Counted from the stretch's first letter, positions 30,504 through 40,476 are shown. The stretch: 64,000 bases of DNA from an uncultured Chloroflexia bacterium (GCA_963760625.1 CAVXDU010000013.1:206129-270128), one strand, 5' to 3'. Program-made: numbers and translations. Notes: generated by a model from the letters alone, not told the origin.

Positions 30504-31826
30504 TTGACTGACGCAGCGACGACACTCGCCCGGCACACGCGGCAATTCCTCGTCGGGCCATCGGTTCGGCGGGTACGGATGGACTGGCTGGCGATGGAGA
30601 TCGGACCGGGCCTCTGGCTGTCCCATTGTCCACGTCTGTCCGTTGTCATCCGACCGCAGGGCGTCCTCATCGGCACGGCCATCCCAACCGATGAGCGAGA
30701 CGACCCGGCGTCGTGGGCCGGGCGCTGGGTGCTCATCACGGGCGACGACCTCCGGCCGGATGCCTGCGGCATGCTCGGGGTGTTCCACTCCGCAGGCTGG
30801 GCGTCGAGCAGCCCGGCACTCCTCGAGGGAAAGCGCGAACCTCCGCTCTCGCGGGAAGCTGGCGCCATGAACTGGTACCCACCACCCCGCTCCGGGAAGG
30901 TGGGCGTCGCCCGTCTGCTGCCGAGCCAGGTGCTCGACCTGAGGACCGGTCGAGTGGTCCATCAACCATTGCTCACCACGCCGTCGGGTCCCCCCGAAGA
31001 TCGGCTCATAACGGCACTCGGCCGGCTGTCCGGCCCGCTCTGGCTCCCGCTCACTGGTGGCCTGGACTCCCGGACACTGCTTGCGGCATCAGTCGCCGCC
31101 GGTGTCGAGGCGACCACGTTCACGTTCGTGGGCGACCACACCCCGTTGGGCGATCGTGACCTGCCGCCGCTCCTGGCAGCCTCGGTGGGGTACCAACATC
31201 GAACCATCGCCTGGCAACCGGAGGACCCCGCCCGCCTCGCAGCGTTCGAGACCGAGACCGCCGGCCACAGCATCGACGGCGCTCTGCGGCAGGTGCCGCG
31301 TGGCCTGTGGGACCACATCCCGGAGGATGCCACGGTCCTCGGTGGAGGCTGTTTCGAGACGGGCCGGCTGTACTACCACCGGAAGCTGCCAAAGGACGCC
31401 GGGGACGCCGCGTCCATGGCAGCCCTGATCCTGAGCCGCAGACCGGGTGATGCCGTCGGCATCGGCGAATGGACGCGCTGGGTGGAGGCGCATCCAGAGC
31501 CCATGGACTGGCGTGATCGCCTGTATATGGAGCAACGGATCGGCGGCTGGCTCAGCAGTGATGCCCAAGGCATCGACAGCACCGGCCGCCAGGTCATCCA
31601 CCTGGCCAACTGCACGGCATTCCTGTCGGAGGTACTCGACATCCCGGTCGAGGATCGTGTGGGGGGAGCACATCAGCTCGCGATGATCGAGCGGCTGGCG
31701 CCGGTCCTGGCCGGCTTCCCGGTCAATCCCAAGGCCAGCGAGGCGCCGCCACCCGACGCGCCACCACCCCTGGAACAGCCCGACACACGTCGATCCCTGT
31801 TCGGACTCCTGCGCCGTTCTGGATGA
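30504..31826 (+). CDS. Asparagine-synthetase-like PP-loop ATP-pyrophosphatase family protein with no glutaminase domain
   Basis: The 440-aa ORF is intact (TTG start per the ORF track, GGAGGAG 13 nt upstream). WLPLTGGLDSRTLLAAS matches the SGGxDS PP-loop of the AsnB/lactam-synthetase superfamily. There is no N-terminal Cys-2. The rest has no family I can name. Confidence 0.6.
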   Translation: MTDAATTLARHTRQFLVGPSVRRVRMDWLAMEIGPGLWLSHCPRLSVVIRPQGVLIGTAIPTDERDDPASWAGRWVLITGDDLRPDACGMLGVFHSAGWASSSPALLEGKREPPLSREAGAMNWYPPPRSGKVGVARLLPSQVLDLRTGRVVHQPLLTTPSGPPEDRLITALGRLSGPLWLPLTGGLDSRTLLAASVAAGVEATTFTFVGDHTPLGDRDLPPLLAASVGYQHRTIAWQPEDPARLAAFETETAGHSIDGALRQVPRGLWDHIPEDATVLGGGCFETGRLYYHRKLPKDAGDAASMAALILSRRPGDAVGIGEWTRWVEAHPEPMDWRDRLYMEQRIGGWLSSDAQGIDSTGRQVIHLANCTAFLSEVLDIPVEDRVGGAHQLAMIERLAPVLAGFPVNPKASEAPPPDAPPPLEQPDTRRSLFGLLRRSG

Positions 31827-31866
31827 CGGCGGCGGCTCGATCTACCTGCTGCGGTCCAGAGCTGAC

Positions 31867-32286
31867 TCAGCGGGGAGTGGGAGACGGCCACTGGTAGTCG
31901 GCATACCGCCATTCGCACGTGAACCCGTGGGTATCCGCCAGGGCCTTGTACTCCCGGTCGACCCGGGCCAGCGCGACACTTCGTGCGGCAGTACCGCCGC
32001 CCTGCACGAGTGCGAGCGATCGCAACTCGACCACGAGTGGTGCTCCCGGGAGCCACACGGGGATGCCGGCGAGACCTTGCCGGGCCTCTTCGATGAATGA
32101 CGCCGCTATCTCGAGCTGCCGCTTGCGGAGAGCCTGGTCAGCCATCACGAGGCCCTCGTACGCTTGGCACACGGGCGTGCGGAATCGCGCTGGAGCCGGA
32201 TCGCGGACGACGAAGATCTGGCATCCGAGCAGGAGCGTGAGTGCGAGGATCGCCAGGCCCGGAAGGATCGCGAGTCGCCGCAACAC
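31867..32286 (-). CDS. Putative lipoprotein
   Basis: MLRRLAILPGLAILALTLLLGCQIF has a signal peptide with an LLGC lipobox. The 139-aa ORF is intact. Confidence 0.65.
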   Translation of the reverse strand: MLRRLAILPGLAILALTLLLGCQIFVVRDPAPARFRTPVCQAYEGLVMADQALRKRQLEIAASFIEEARQGLAGIPVWLPGAPLVVELRSLALVQGGGTAARSVALARVDREYKALADTHGFTCEWRYADYQWPSPTPR

Positions 32287-32433
32287 AGCACCCTCCGAAC
32301 CGACGACCGTTGGTAGGCCCCGAGGGTATCACCGTCCAGGCCGGTCACAGGAATCGGGACACGGGAAGGTGAGGATGTCCAATATCCTGCACGGCACCGT
32401 TACGAAGTCGGCACGCCGCAGGAGGTTCACGAC

Positions 32434-32658
32434 ATGCGATGGGAGTATCTGGCGATCGCCTGCCAGCCCAGCGACGTCACCCAGGAGGGCTGGTTCTGGA
32501 CCCTTGGCGCAAAAGGGGTCGCGCTTGGTACCCGTCTCGATGAACTGGGGGCCCAGGGCTGGGAGCTGGTGGGTATCCAGATGACCGCCATGAGCGGCCA
32601 CGATGCCTGGACGAATCCCACCAGCATGTATGTGTTCAAGCGCATCGCGATCGAGTGA
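32434..32658 (+). CDS. DUF4177-like small protein
   Basis: 74 aa: MRWEYLAIAC...LDELGAQGWELVGIQ...YVFKRIAIE. The W-EY ... GWELV ... FKR pattern is typical of DUF4177. Confidence 0.6.
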   Translation: MRWEYLAIACQPSDVTQEGWFWTLGAKGVALGTRLDELGAQGWELVGIQMTAMSGHDAWTNPTSMYVFKRIAIE

Positions 32659-32780
32659 CCACACGACGCCGACGCCTCGATCGCGGATCGGTCGCAGGGG
32701 CACCCACGGAGAAAGTCACGGCCGGACATGCTACGGTCGGTGCAGGCCACAATCTGCGGGCGTGCGATCGATGAGGCGTC

Positions 32781-34139
32781 ATGGGCGAACTGGATGATCT
32801 GGGCGACCGCTTGGATGGCGATGTCGTCAAGCCGGGTGACGAGGCCTGGGACGGCGCGAGACAAGCGTGGAACCTTGCGGTCGACCAGCGACCAGTCGCC
32901 GTTGTATACCCGGAGTCGCAGGAAGACGTCGTGGCGGCGGTCACATTTGCTGCCAAGACCGGCTATCGCATCGCGTTCAACGGCGGCGGCCACAATGCGG
33001 GGCCCATCGACTGGAGCAGGGACACGCTGCTCCTGAAGTCAGAGCGGATGAACGGAATCAAGATCGACCCCGTCGCGCGGCGCGCTCGGGTCGAGGCTGG
33101 GGTGCTTGCGAAGCCACTTGCAGTCGCGGCCGGCGAACATGGACTCGCATATCTGGCGGGCACGTCTCCCGACGTTGGGGTGCTCGGTTACCTGCTCGGG
33201 GGTGGCCTCAGCTGGATGATCCGCCAGTTCGGGCTTGCCTGCAACAGCATCGTGGCGGTGGAACTGGTCACGGCCGATGGCCAGCTTCGCAGGGTGGACC
33301 AGGAAACCGAACCGGAACTCTTCTGGGCCCTGCGCGGCGGAGGTGGAAACTTCGGCGCGGTGACCGCCTTCGAGATCGAGCTGTTCCCGGTCCCCCAGAT
33401 CTACGCCGGTGCCCTGTTCTGGCCGATCGAACGCGCGGGGCAGATTCTGCGCGCCTGGCGCGACTGGATCGAGTCCGTGCCCGAATCGTGCGAGTCCCTG
33501 GGTCGGATGCTGCAGTTGCCGGACGTCCCGTTCCTGCCCGAACACGTCCGGGGCCGGTCGTTCGTCATGGTCGAAGCGGCTTGCATTAGCACTCTCGACG
33601 ATGGGGCCGCGCTGATCAAGCCTCTTCGGGACCTCGGGCCGGAGATCGATACCGTCGCGATGATGCCGACAAGCGACCTGAGCACCGTGAACATGGACCC
33701 CGATCTCCCGTTGCCGTACTCGGGCGAGGGCATCCTGCTCAACGACCTGACCCAGGCAGCGATCGACAGGGTCGTCGACCTGTTCGTCGGATCACCGCTC
33801 CTGCATGTCGAGTTTCGGCATCTCGGTGGAGCCGCGAGTGTCAGGTCGCCGGGGCATGGCGTTCTCGATGCGATCGATCAGGCCTTCGTGACCTTCACCT
33901 TCGGGCTCACCCCGGATCGGGAGGCGCTGGCAGCCGTGGAGCGTCAGGTCCGGCTCGTCCTCGGCGCCCTCAGGCCGTGGGACAGCGGGCGCCGCTACCT
34001 CAACTTCGCCGAGTCACGAGTCGATCCTCGTTCGATCTTCCCGGAGGAAGGATACGACCGGCTCCAGCGAGCCAAGGAGCGATACGACCCCACGAACATG
34101 TTCCTGGCCAATCACCCGGTGACACAGCTCGCCCCATGA
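32781..34139 (+). CDS. FAD-linked oxidase (FAD_binding_4 plus BBE-like C-terminus)
   Basis: VVYPESQEDVVAAVTFAAKTGYRIAFNGGGHNAG, LGGGLSWMIRQFGLACNSIVAVELVTADG, ELFWALRGGGGNFGAVTAFE and the C-terminal YDRLQRAKERYDPTNMFLANHPV form the berberine-bridge-like signature. The 452-aa ORF is intact. Confidence 0.9.
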   Translation: MGELDDLGDRLDGDVVKPGDEAWDGARQAWNLAVDQRPVAVVYPESQEDVVAAVTFAAKTGYRIAFNGGGHNAGPIDWSRDTLLLKSERMNGIKIDPVARRARVEAGVLAKPLAVAAGEHGLAYLAGTSPDVGVLGYLLGGGLSWMIRQFGLACNSIVAVELVTADGQLRRVDQETEPELFWALRGGGGNFGAVTAFEIELFPVPQIYAGALFWPIERAGQILRAWRDWIESVPESCESLGRMLQLPDVPFLPEHVRGRSFVMVEAACISTLDDGAALIKPLRDLGPEIDTVAMMPTSDLSTVNMDPDLPLPYSGEGILLNDLTQAAIDRVVDLFVGSPLLHVEFRHLGGAASVRSPGHGVLDAIDQAFVTFTFGLTPDREALAAVERQVRLVLGALRPWDSGRRYLNFAESRVDPRSIFPEEGYDRLQRAKERYDPTNMFLANHPVTQLAP

Positions 34140-34152
34140 GGGTGGTCGCGCA

Positions 34153-35397
34153 CTAGAAGACATGCAGCTTCGTCAGGAGGGCGAGCGTGTCGTCGACCGA
34201 TTCGAGCAGGTCCTTGTTGTGCTTGATCATCTGTGTCCGCATATAGACCCGCAGCCACTGCTGGTACATGAACGCCTCGTACCGCTCGAACACCTCACCC
34301 ATCGACATGTTCCGGTCGGCGATGTGACCAGCCAGGAAGGACGCACATTCCAGTCCGAGTGAGATCGACTGGAAGTACGGCGAACCGATGGCCGAGTCCC
34401 CGAGCAGGAATACCGGCACCTTCGCAAGTGGATGCTCGATGCCCGATTCGTGCCAGCGTCGGCTCGTCGTGTTCCTGGCCCGATACAGGTCCAGGGGGAT
34501 GCGCATGATCTCCAGATCGCCGACAAGGTCGCCGTGTGTCTCGGCCCTGATCTTATCGATGAACCGGTCCATCGACTCGGCCACGCCCGGGAACCGGCCA
34601 CGCAGCCACGTGCCATCGAACGACGGCGGCATCGCCTCGAATTCCGACTGGCTGATGGTGACGATGCCCGTGACGTGGCTGATCGATCCGTCGTAGTAGG
34701 TGCGGTGCACGGCCGGGATGAACTTGTAGCCGGGGTTCTCCAGGTTCTTGTAGTACTTGCAGAACTCGTTGCATGCGTAGTGCTGGCCATAGAGGAAGGT
34801 GACGACGAGGGCGTACTCGAGGCGGAATTGGTTCGTGTTCCCACCACGCGCGGGCACGCCAGCGCTTGGGATCAGCAGGTCACGCATCAATGACCTGGCC
34901 CCGGTGCAGTCCACGAGGATGTCGCTGGATTCCACCATGGCAACGGCCTGGTCCGCCGTGACCTCGCCGGTGATCCGCTCGACCGTTCCCGTGCCGCGGC
35001 CCTCGATCAGCTCGCTGAGAGCGTCCTCGACGGTGTTGAGAGGGACAAGGCCGCGTGTCCATACGTCGAGCAGTGCCCGCAGGTCGGGTGCGATGGAGCG
35101 CCGGTAGGCCAGCCCCGCCTCAAGCTCGGCTGGTTCGAAGATCGCTTCGATGTCCTGCCCGTCGATGGGATCTTCCCGGTAGCTCTCGATCGAGTCGGCC
35201 ACGAGGTAGCCCGCCAGCGACACCATCCGGGTCCGCGTGTACTCGTCACGCCGCTCGTAGAGGCGAACCAACTGCCCATCGATCGACTGCAGGAGGGCCG
35301 TCAGGAACAGGCCGACCGGCCCACCGCCGACGATGTGGACTCGCCCCGCCCGCCGCGGGGTCCGGGTGTCCGAGGAATCTGGCGACGAGCCTGACAT
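34153..35397 (-). CDS. FAD-dependent oxidoreductase/monooxygenase-like protein
   Basis: The internal start at ATG 35397 gives MSGSSPD...RVHIVGGGPVGLFLTALL (GxGxxG dinucleotide fold). The late motif FLLGDSAIGSPYFQSISLGLE resembles the flavoprotein-monooxygenase DxxH/GxG region. The subfamily is not recognised. Confidence 0.65.
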   Translation of the reverse strand: MSGSSPDSSDTRTPRRAGRVHIVGGGPVGLFLTALLQSIDGQLVRLYERRDEYTRTRMVSLAGYLVADSIESYREDPIDGQDIEAIFEPAELEAGLAYRRSIAPDLRALLDVWTRGLVPLNTVEDALSELIEGRGTGTVERITGEVTADQAVAMVESSDILVDCTGARSLMRDLLIPSAGVPARGGNTNQFRLEYALVVTFLYGQHYACNEFCKYYKNLENPGYKFIPAVHRTYYDGSISHVTGIVTISQSEFEAMPPSFDGTWLRGRFPGVAESMDRFIDKIRAETHGDLVGDLEIMRIPLDLYRARNTTSRRWHESGIEHPLAKVPVFLLGDSAIGSPYFQSISLGLECASFLAGHIADRNMSMGEVFERYEAFMYQQWLRVYMRTQMIKHNKDLLESVDDTLALLTKLHVF

Positions 35398-35519
35398 GCG
35401 CCACCTGACGAGAGTCACGGCAGACGCCGCATCGATCCGGATGGTAGACCGGTCCGGTGATGAGCCGCATCGGGGAGCCGGGTAGACGCGGTTCGCACAT
35501 CCCCGGCTAGCATTCGAGC

Positions 35520-36680
35520 ATGGAGACTGCCCCATCGGTCCTGGAACTCGGCGCACTGCTGCTCGGGGCGGCGGCGGCAGGCTGGATCGCGCGCCGTCTC
35601 GGGCTGCCCGCGGTCATCGGGTACCTCGTGCTGGGCATCGCCGTCTCGCCGTTCACGCCTGGCTACGTGGCGGACCGCCACCAGCTCCAGCTGCTCGCGG
35701 ATGTCGGGGTCGTATTGCTGCTGTTCGAGGTGGGTATCGAGGTCGACCCCTGGCGCCTGCGTCGGGAGCACGGACGGCTCGTATGGGCGGCACCACTGCA
35801 GGTGATGATCACGACCGCCGTCTCTGCAGGCGTCGTGATGGCATTGGGCATCGAGCCGGCGGCGGCTGTGGTCGTTGGCCTGGCCATCGCCCTCTCGTCC
35901 TCGGTCGTCATCGTCAATATCACCCGGAGTCGCCGGCGCACGACCGATCAGGCGACAGAGACGACGCTGCTCGGCTGGAGCGTGGTCCAGGACGTGACGG
36001 GAGTCATCCTGGCCGCCGTCCTGCTCGCATCCCTCGATGGCGAGCCCGGGGCTCTCGTCGAGTCATTGGCGGGCTTTGCCGCTTACGGAGCCGTAGCGAT
36101 CGTCACAGCGTTCATGCTGCCGCTGGTCCTTCGCCGCGTGCGGGAGCAACCGGACCTATTCCTGCTCACCTCCGTGGCCTCCGGTCTGGCGCTGGCGGGT
36201 ATCGGGAGTGTCGCGTTCGGCGTACCGCTCGCGTTGGCGGCGTTCATCGGCGGCCTGGCCATCACCGAGGACCCCGTCTCGCGCGAGGCGCGACGCCAAC
36301 TCCTGCCGTTCCGCGACCTCTTCGCGGTCCTGTTCTTCGTGGCCATCGGTGCGCTCATCGACCCGCGGGACCTCACCGCCGGCCTGGGCTGGCTGGCTCT
36401 CTTCCTGGTGCTCATCGTCGGCGCCAAGGTCATCCCGGCCTACGTCATCGCGCGCCTTGCGGCCATCGGTACGCGGCCGTTGCAGATGGCCGTCGGGCTT
36501 GGGCAGGTCGGCGAATTCAGCTTCGTCCTGGCCGCGTTGCTGGCCGCTGCTGGGGCCATCGGATCCCAGGTCTATGTGGCCATGATCGCCGCCGTGGCCA
36601 TCAGCATCGGAGCGAGCACGATCCTCGTGCGGCTGGTGCCCATTCCCACTGGCGGAGGACCCGCGACGGCCGGGACATAG
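35520..36680 (+). CDS. Cation:proton antiporter (CPA2/Kef-type Na+/H+ exchanger family)
   Basis: 386-aa intact polytopic protein. LELGALLLGAAAAGWIARRLGLPAVIGYLVLGIAVSPFTPG ... LLLFEVGIEVD is typical of the Na_H_exchanger fold. Confidence 0.85.
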   Translation: METAPSVLELGALLLGAAAAGWIARRLGLPAVIGYLVLGIAVSPFTPGYVADRHQLQLLADVGVVLLLFEVGIEVDPWRLRREHGRLVWAAPLQVMITTAVSAGVVMALGIEPAAAVVVGLAIALSSSVVIVNITRSRRRTTDQATETTLLGWSVVQDVTGVILAAVLLASLDGEPGALVESLAGFAAYGAVAIVTAFMLPLVLRRVREQPDLFLLTSVASGLALAGIGSVAFGVPLALAAFIGGLAITEDPVSREARRQLLPFRDLFAVLFFVAIGALIDPRDLTAGLGWLALFLVLIVGAKVIPAYVIARLAAIGTRPLQMAVGLGQVGEFSFVLAALLAAAGAIGSQVYVAMIAAVAISIGASTILVRLVPIPTGGGPATAGT

Positions 36681-36896
36681 CGATCGCCCCGCAAGCCTTG
36701 AGCCTTATCGACCCTCGACCAGGTCCGGTTCGGGGTCGGCCAGACCTAGACCGAACCCGACACTGGCAGCGATCGTTGCGGTCGCGATCGGCGCGAGCAA
36801 AGCCCATCATGGACATCGACTGGACCGGTCGTCTGCCAGAACGGCTGGCTGACCAGGACGTGAGCCGACCGACCGATCGAAGAGGAGCGCACCACG

Positions 36897-38030
36897 ATGA
36901 GCGAGGAGACCGACGGCGCTGCGCTGGCGCCGGGTGCCGGTGACACCAGCGACGACGCGAGAACCAATGCGCTGGTTGGGCGGCTGTTCGAGGCGTCCCT
37001 GGGGGCGATGGATATCGCAGCGGTATATATCGGCGACCGGCTCGGACTGTATCGGGACCTCGCGGCATCGGGGCCAACCTCCGCCGCGCAGCTGGCCACG
37101 CGCACGGGTATGGCGGAACGCTACGCGCACGAATGGCTGGAGCAGCAGGCCGTGAGTGGCCTGCTCGAGGTCGCCGGCGAGGGTGGATCGCCCACGGGCC
37201 GCGAGTACGTCTTGCCCCCTGCCCATGCCGCCGCCCTTACCGATCCCGACAGCCTCTCGTCGATCGCGCCGCTCGCCCGGGCTGTCGTCGCCTCGATGAT
37301 GGCCATGCCGCAACTCCTGGATGCGTACCGGACCGGCGCCGGTGTGCCATGGGCCGCGTACGGCCGGGATATGATCGAATCGCAGGGCGACTTCAACCGG
37401 CCCTGGATACTCCACCGCCTGGCCGCCGAGTACCTGCCCTCCATTCCCGACGTCCACGCGCGCCTGATCGCGGACCCGCCCGCCCGGATCGCCGACGTGG
37501 CGTGCGGTGTCGGTTGGGCGTCCATGGCCATCGCCCGCGCCTATCCGAAGGTGCGTATCGATGGCTACGACCCAGACCCGTCCTCGATCGACATCGCCCG
37601 GACCCTCGCCGTGCAGGGAGGCATGTCGGACCGGGTGAGGTTCCACGCCCGGGACGCCGTGGCCCTGTCGGATTCGGGACCCTACGACCTCGCCATCGTG
37701 GTCGAGGCGATCCACGACATGTCCCGGCCCGTGGACGTCCTGCGAGCCATCCATCGGGGGCTGGCACCTGGCGGCACGCTCATCGTTGCGGATGAGCGCG
37801 TCGGAAGTTCATTCTCGGCTCCCGGGGATGAGATCGAGCGCCTCATGTACGGTTTCAGCGTGCTGGTGTGCCTGCCCGCGGCCATGGACGAGCAGCCGTC
37901 CGCGGCGACCGGCACGGTCATGCGGCCCGACACGTTCAAGGGGTACGCCACCGAGGCCGGATTCCGCGAGGTCAGCGTGCTGGACCACATCGAGCACGAC
38001 ACACTGCGGTTCTACCGGGTCAGCCCCTGA
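36897..38030 (+). CDS. Class I SAM-dependent methyltransferase with an N-terminal winged-helix-like domain
   Basis: Motif I is IADVACGVGWASMAIARAYPKVRIDGYDPD. The post-I and II regions are FHARDAV...YDLAIVVEAIHDM. The 377-aa ORF is intact. Confidence 0.8.
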   Translation: MSEETDGAALAPGAGDTSDDARTNALVGRLFEASLGAMDIAAVYIGDRLGLYRDLAASGPTSAAQLATRTGMAERYAHEWLEQQAVSGLLEVAGEGGSPTGREYVLPPAHAAALTDPDSLSSIAPLARAVVASMMAMPQLLDAYRTGAGVPWAAYGRDMIESQGDFNRPWILHRLAAEYLPSIPDVHARLIADPPARIADVACGVGWASMAIARAYPKVRIDGYDPDPSSIDIARTLAVQGGMSDRVRFHARDAVALSDSGPYDLAIVVEAIHDMSRPVDVLRAIHRGLAPGGTLIVADERVGSSFSAPGDEIERLMYGFSVLVCLPAAMDEQPSAATGTVMRPDTFKGYATEAGFREVSVLDHIEHDTLRFYRVSP

Positions 38031-38101
38031 CGGGCGACCCAGGTGGGTCGGGACGATCCTCGCGGCAGAGCTCGCAGACCCGCGTGACCCAGGAGCTTCG
38101 G

Positions 38102-39286
38102 ATGTCGACCGAGCCCATCGTAGGAGCCGACAAGCCGGAACGAACGACCGGCCGATGGTCACTTCTGCGTGTCCTGCCGGTAGGTCTCTGGATCACCACC
38201 ACTGTGCTCGTCGTGGCGGGGGCCATCACCTCGTTCCTGGACCCGACGCCCGACAGTCCCGGTAGCCCGGATGCCCTGTTCGTGCCGCTCCTTGTGGCCT
38301 TGGTCACGTCGCTGGGCACGGTGGGAGCGCTCCTGGCCCTTCGCCGAGCCGGCAACCCCATCGGCTGGCTCATGGTCACCGGTGCCCTCCTGATCGCGTT
38401 CGCGTTCGCGGTGAACTCGTTCGAGCAGTACTCGATCGCGACCGGGCGCGGCTTCACGACCCAGCTGCCGGTGTGGGTGTCCCGGATGGCGTTCCAGGCT
38501 GGCCTGGTGCTCCAGGTGATCGTGGTGCTGGTATTTCCGGACGGCGCACTGCCCCGCCGCGGGTCCAGCGTGCTGGTCATCCTGCTCGTGGGCCTGGTGG
38601 TGAGCTCCGTGGGCGGTGCCATCCAGCCGACCGAGTCGGAGTCCCAGGGATCGCTGGAGGCGCTCGGCGGCGTCATCATCCTGATCGGGACCCTGCTCGC
38701 GACGCTCGGCATCTTCAGTCGCCTGCGGGCGGCCCATGGTGACGAGCGGAAGCAACTCGAATGGTTCGCGTGGGTGGCAGCGGTGCTTGCCGTGGCGCTC
38801 GTGCTGGCATCGGTACAGCTCGGGCCGGTCTCGGACTTCGCGTGGGTGGCTGCATTCGTAGCCTTTGCGGCGCTGCCCATCGCGATCGCCATCGCGGTCA
38901 TGAAATACCGGCTGTACGAGATCGACAACCTGGTCAGCCGGACCCTGGTGTACGCACCCCTGATCGGCATCCTCGGTGGCATCTACGCTGCCGGCACGTT
39001 CGTGCTGCAGCGCCTGTTCGTGGCCTACACCGGGGACACGTCCGATGCGGCCGTGGTGATGGCGACGCTCATCGTCGCCGGCACCTTCACGCCCGTGCGC
39101 AAGGCGCTCGAGGGCGCGGTGGAACGGCGGTTCTCAGGGTCGGCCGTGCGGGCCCGCCGGGACGGTCCTCCCGCTGTCGACACGAGGACGTCCTCCGACG
39201 TGTCCGCACTGCTCGACGACCCCCGCCTGGCATCCCGTATCGAGGATGTCGTGACCCGCGTCATCGACGATCGGATGCGGCAATGA
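38102..39286 (+). CDS. Polytopic membrane protein, kinase-less sensor-like paralog of 28417..29883
   Basis: The start at ATG 38102 gives MSTEPIVG.... It shares LRRAGNPIGWLMV, LVFPDGALP and AVMKYRLYEIDNLVSRTLVYAPLIGILGGIYAAGTFVLQRLF...FTPVRKALEGAVERRF with the paralog. Confidence 0.7.
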   Translation: MSTEPIVGADKPERTTGRWSLLRVLPVGLWITTTVLVVAGAITSFLDPTPDSPGSPDALFVPLLVALVTSLGTVGALLALRRAGNPIGWLMVTGALLIAFAFAVNSFEQYSIATGRGFTTQLPVWVSRMAFQAGLVLQVIVVLVFPDGALPRRGSSVLVILLVGLVVSSVGGAIQPTESESQGSLEALGGVIILIGTLLATLGIFSRLRAAHGDERKQLEWFAWVAAVLAVALVLASVQLGPVSDFAWVAAFVAFAALPIAIAIAVMKYRLYEIDNLVSRTLVYAPLIGILGGIYAAGTFVLQRLFVAYTGDTSDAAVVMATLIVAGTFTPVRKALEGAVERRFSGSAVRARRDGPPAVDTRTSSDVSALLDDPRLASRIEDVVTRVIDDRMRQ

Positions 39287-39411
39287 CCCGCGGACCGCAA
39301 CGCGTGCAACCGCACAACACACGGGAGCCCGGTTGACGCAGAGTGCACCATCGTTCCCACCTGCCCGGCTGGGTGGGTCAGCACCAACGGGAAGCAGGAG
39401 GAATGTCAGCC

Positions 39412-39987
39412 ATGCCAGTCGACAGCAACGTCCCCCGCAGCCGCCGCGCGATGCTGCTTGGCGGCGCCGGCGCCGCAGCAGCGTTGGCCACCCAGGCACT
39501 CGCACGACCGCTCGGTGCAGAGGCCGCCAACACCAGCCTGGTCTATACCAACGACGAGGACAACAGCACGGTCCTGTCGGCTTCGAGCGTGGCCAACGGC
39601 CCCGCGACTGGACAGGGCATCGGCGTCAATGGCCACAGCGATGATTCGGTCGGGGTCCGAGGCACCAGCAAGTCCAACGTGGGCGTCCGCGGCGACAGCA
39701 CCTCGTCATATGGCGTCTGGGCGGAGAGTCAGTCGTACCACGCCCTGGCCGCGTTCAGCGAACCGGGCATCGGGGTCTGGGGCACCAGTGGCGCGAATGT
39801 CGGTGTGCGGGGTGAGTCCGAGCGCGGGCGCGGGGGCCTGTTCAAGGGTCGCAAGGCACAGGTCCGGCTCCAACCCTCGACCGCGAACAGTCACCCCGAC
39901 TCAGGTGCCGCCGGCGACCTGTTCGTGGACAAGCATGCTCGCCTCTGGTTCTGCAAAGGTGGGACGACCTGGAAGCAGCTCGCGTGA
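39412..39987 (+). CDS. Tat-signal secreted repeat protein (hypothetical)
   Basis: MPVDSNVPRSRRAMLLGGAGAAAALATQALA carries a twin-arginine motif. Degenerate repeats follow: GVNGHSDDSVGVRGTSKSNVGVRGDSTSSYGVWAES...GVWGTSGANVGVRGES. AGGAGG lies 10 nt upstream of ATG 39412. ATG 39403 is an alternative start. Confidence 0.65.
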   Translation: MPVDSNVPRSRRAMLLGGAGAAAALATQALARPLGAEAANTSLVYTNDEDNSTVLSASSVANGPATGQGIGVNGHSDDSVGVRGTSKSNVGVRGDSTSSYGVWAESQSYHALAAFSEPGIGVWGTSGANVGVRGESERGRGGLFKGRKAQVRLQPSTANSHPDSGAAGDLFVDKHARLWFCKGGTTWKQLA

Positions 39988-40134
39988 CGGCAGCGCCTTG
40001 ATCGCTGGACCGCGGACCCAGCCAGGTTCGCAGCGTAGGTGCATCCTCTATCCGACCATCCGCGCCAGGACCTTGCCGGCCGGTGGGACGGCGTTGTAGC
40101 CGAATCACCGTCGGCAGCCATCTGAGGATCGTTC

Positions 40135-40476
40135 ATGGACAAGGCAAGTTTTTCGGACCCGACCAGGGTGATGGACCTGTCTGGCAAGGGCACGCTCGAG
40201 TACGTCGATGTGGGAGGCATGACGGTGTCGCGCCTGACGTTCCTGCCGGGTTGGCGCTGGTCTACACACGCCAGGCCAATCGTGGGCGGCGACAGTTGCC
40301 AGGCGTTCCACCATGGGTTCGTGACGGCGGGTCGGCTGGCGGTCCGCATGAACGACGGCACCGAGGAAGAGTTCGGTGTCGGCGACATCTGGGTCATCCC
40401 GCCCGGTCACGACGCTTGGGTCGTGGGTGACCAGGCAGTCATCGCCCTCGAGTTTCCGGCGCCGACCGGCATGTAG
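40135..40476 (+). CDS. Cupin domain protein
   Basis: 113 aa. The two-motif cupin pattern is HARPIVGGDSCQAFHHGFVTAGRLAVRMNDGTEEEFGVGDIWVIPPGHDAWV. Confidence 0.75.
   Translation: MDKASFSDPTRVMDLSGKGTLEYVDVGGMTVSRLTFLPGWRWSTHARPIVGGDSCQAFHHGFVTAGRLAVRMNDGTEEEFGVGDIWVIPPGHDAWVVGDQAVIALEFPAPTGM

Noticed and set aside
29963-31826. Lasso-peptide or other RiPP cluster built around the asparagine-synthetase-like gene.
   Set aside because: There is no precursor-like small ORF that I could find in the flanking gaps. There is no transglutaminase-like protease, no PqqD-like RRE and no dedicated transporter. Flanking genes are on opposite strands.
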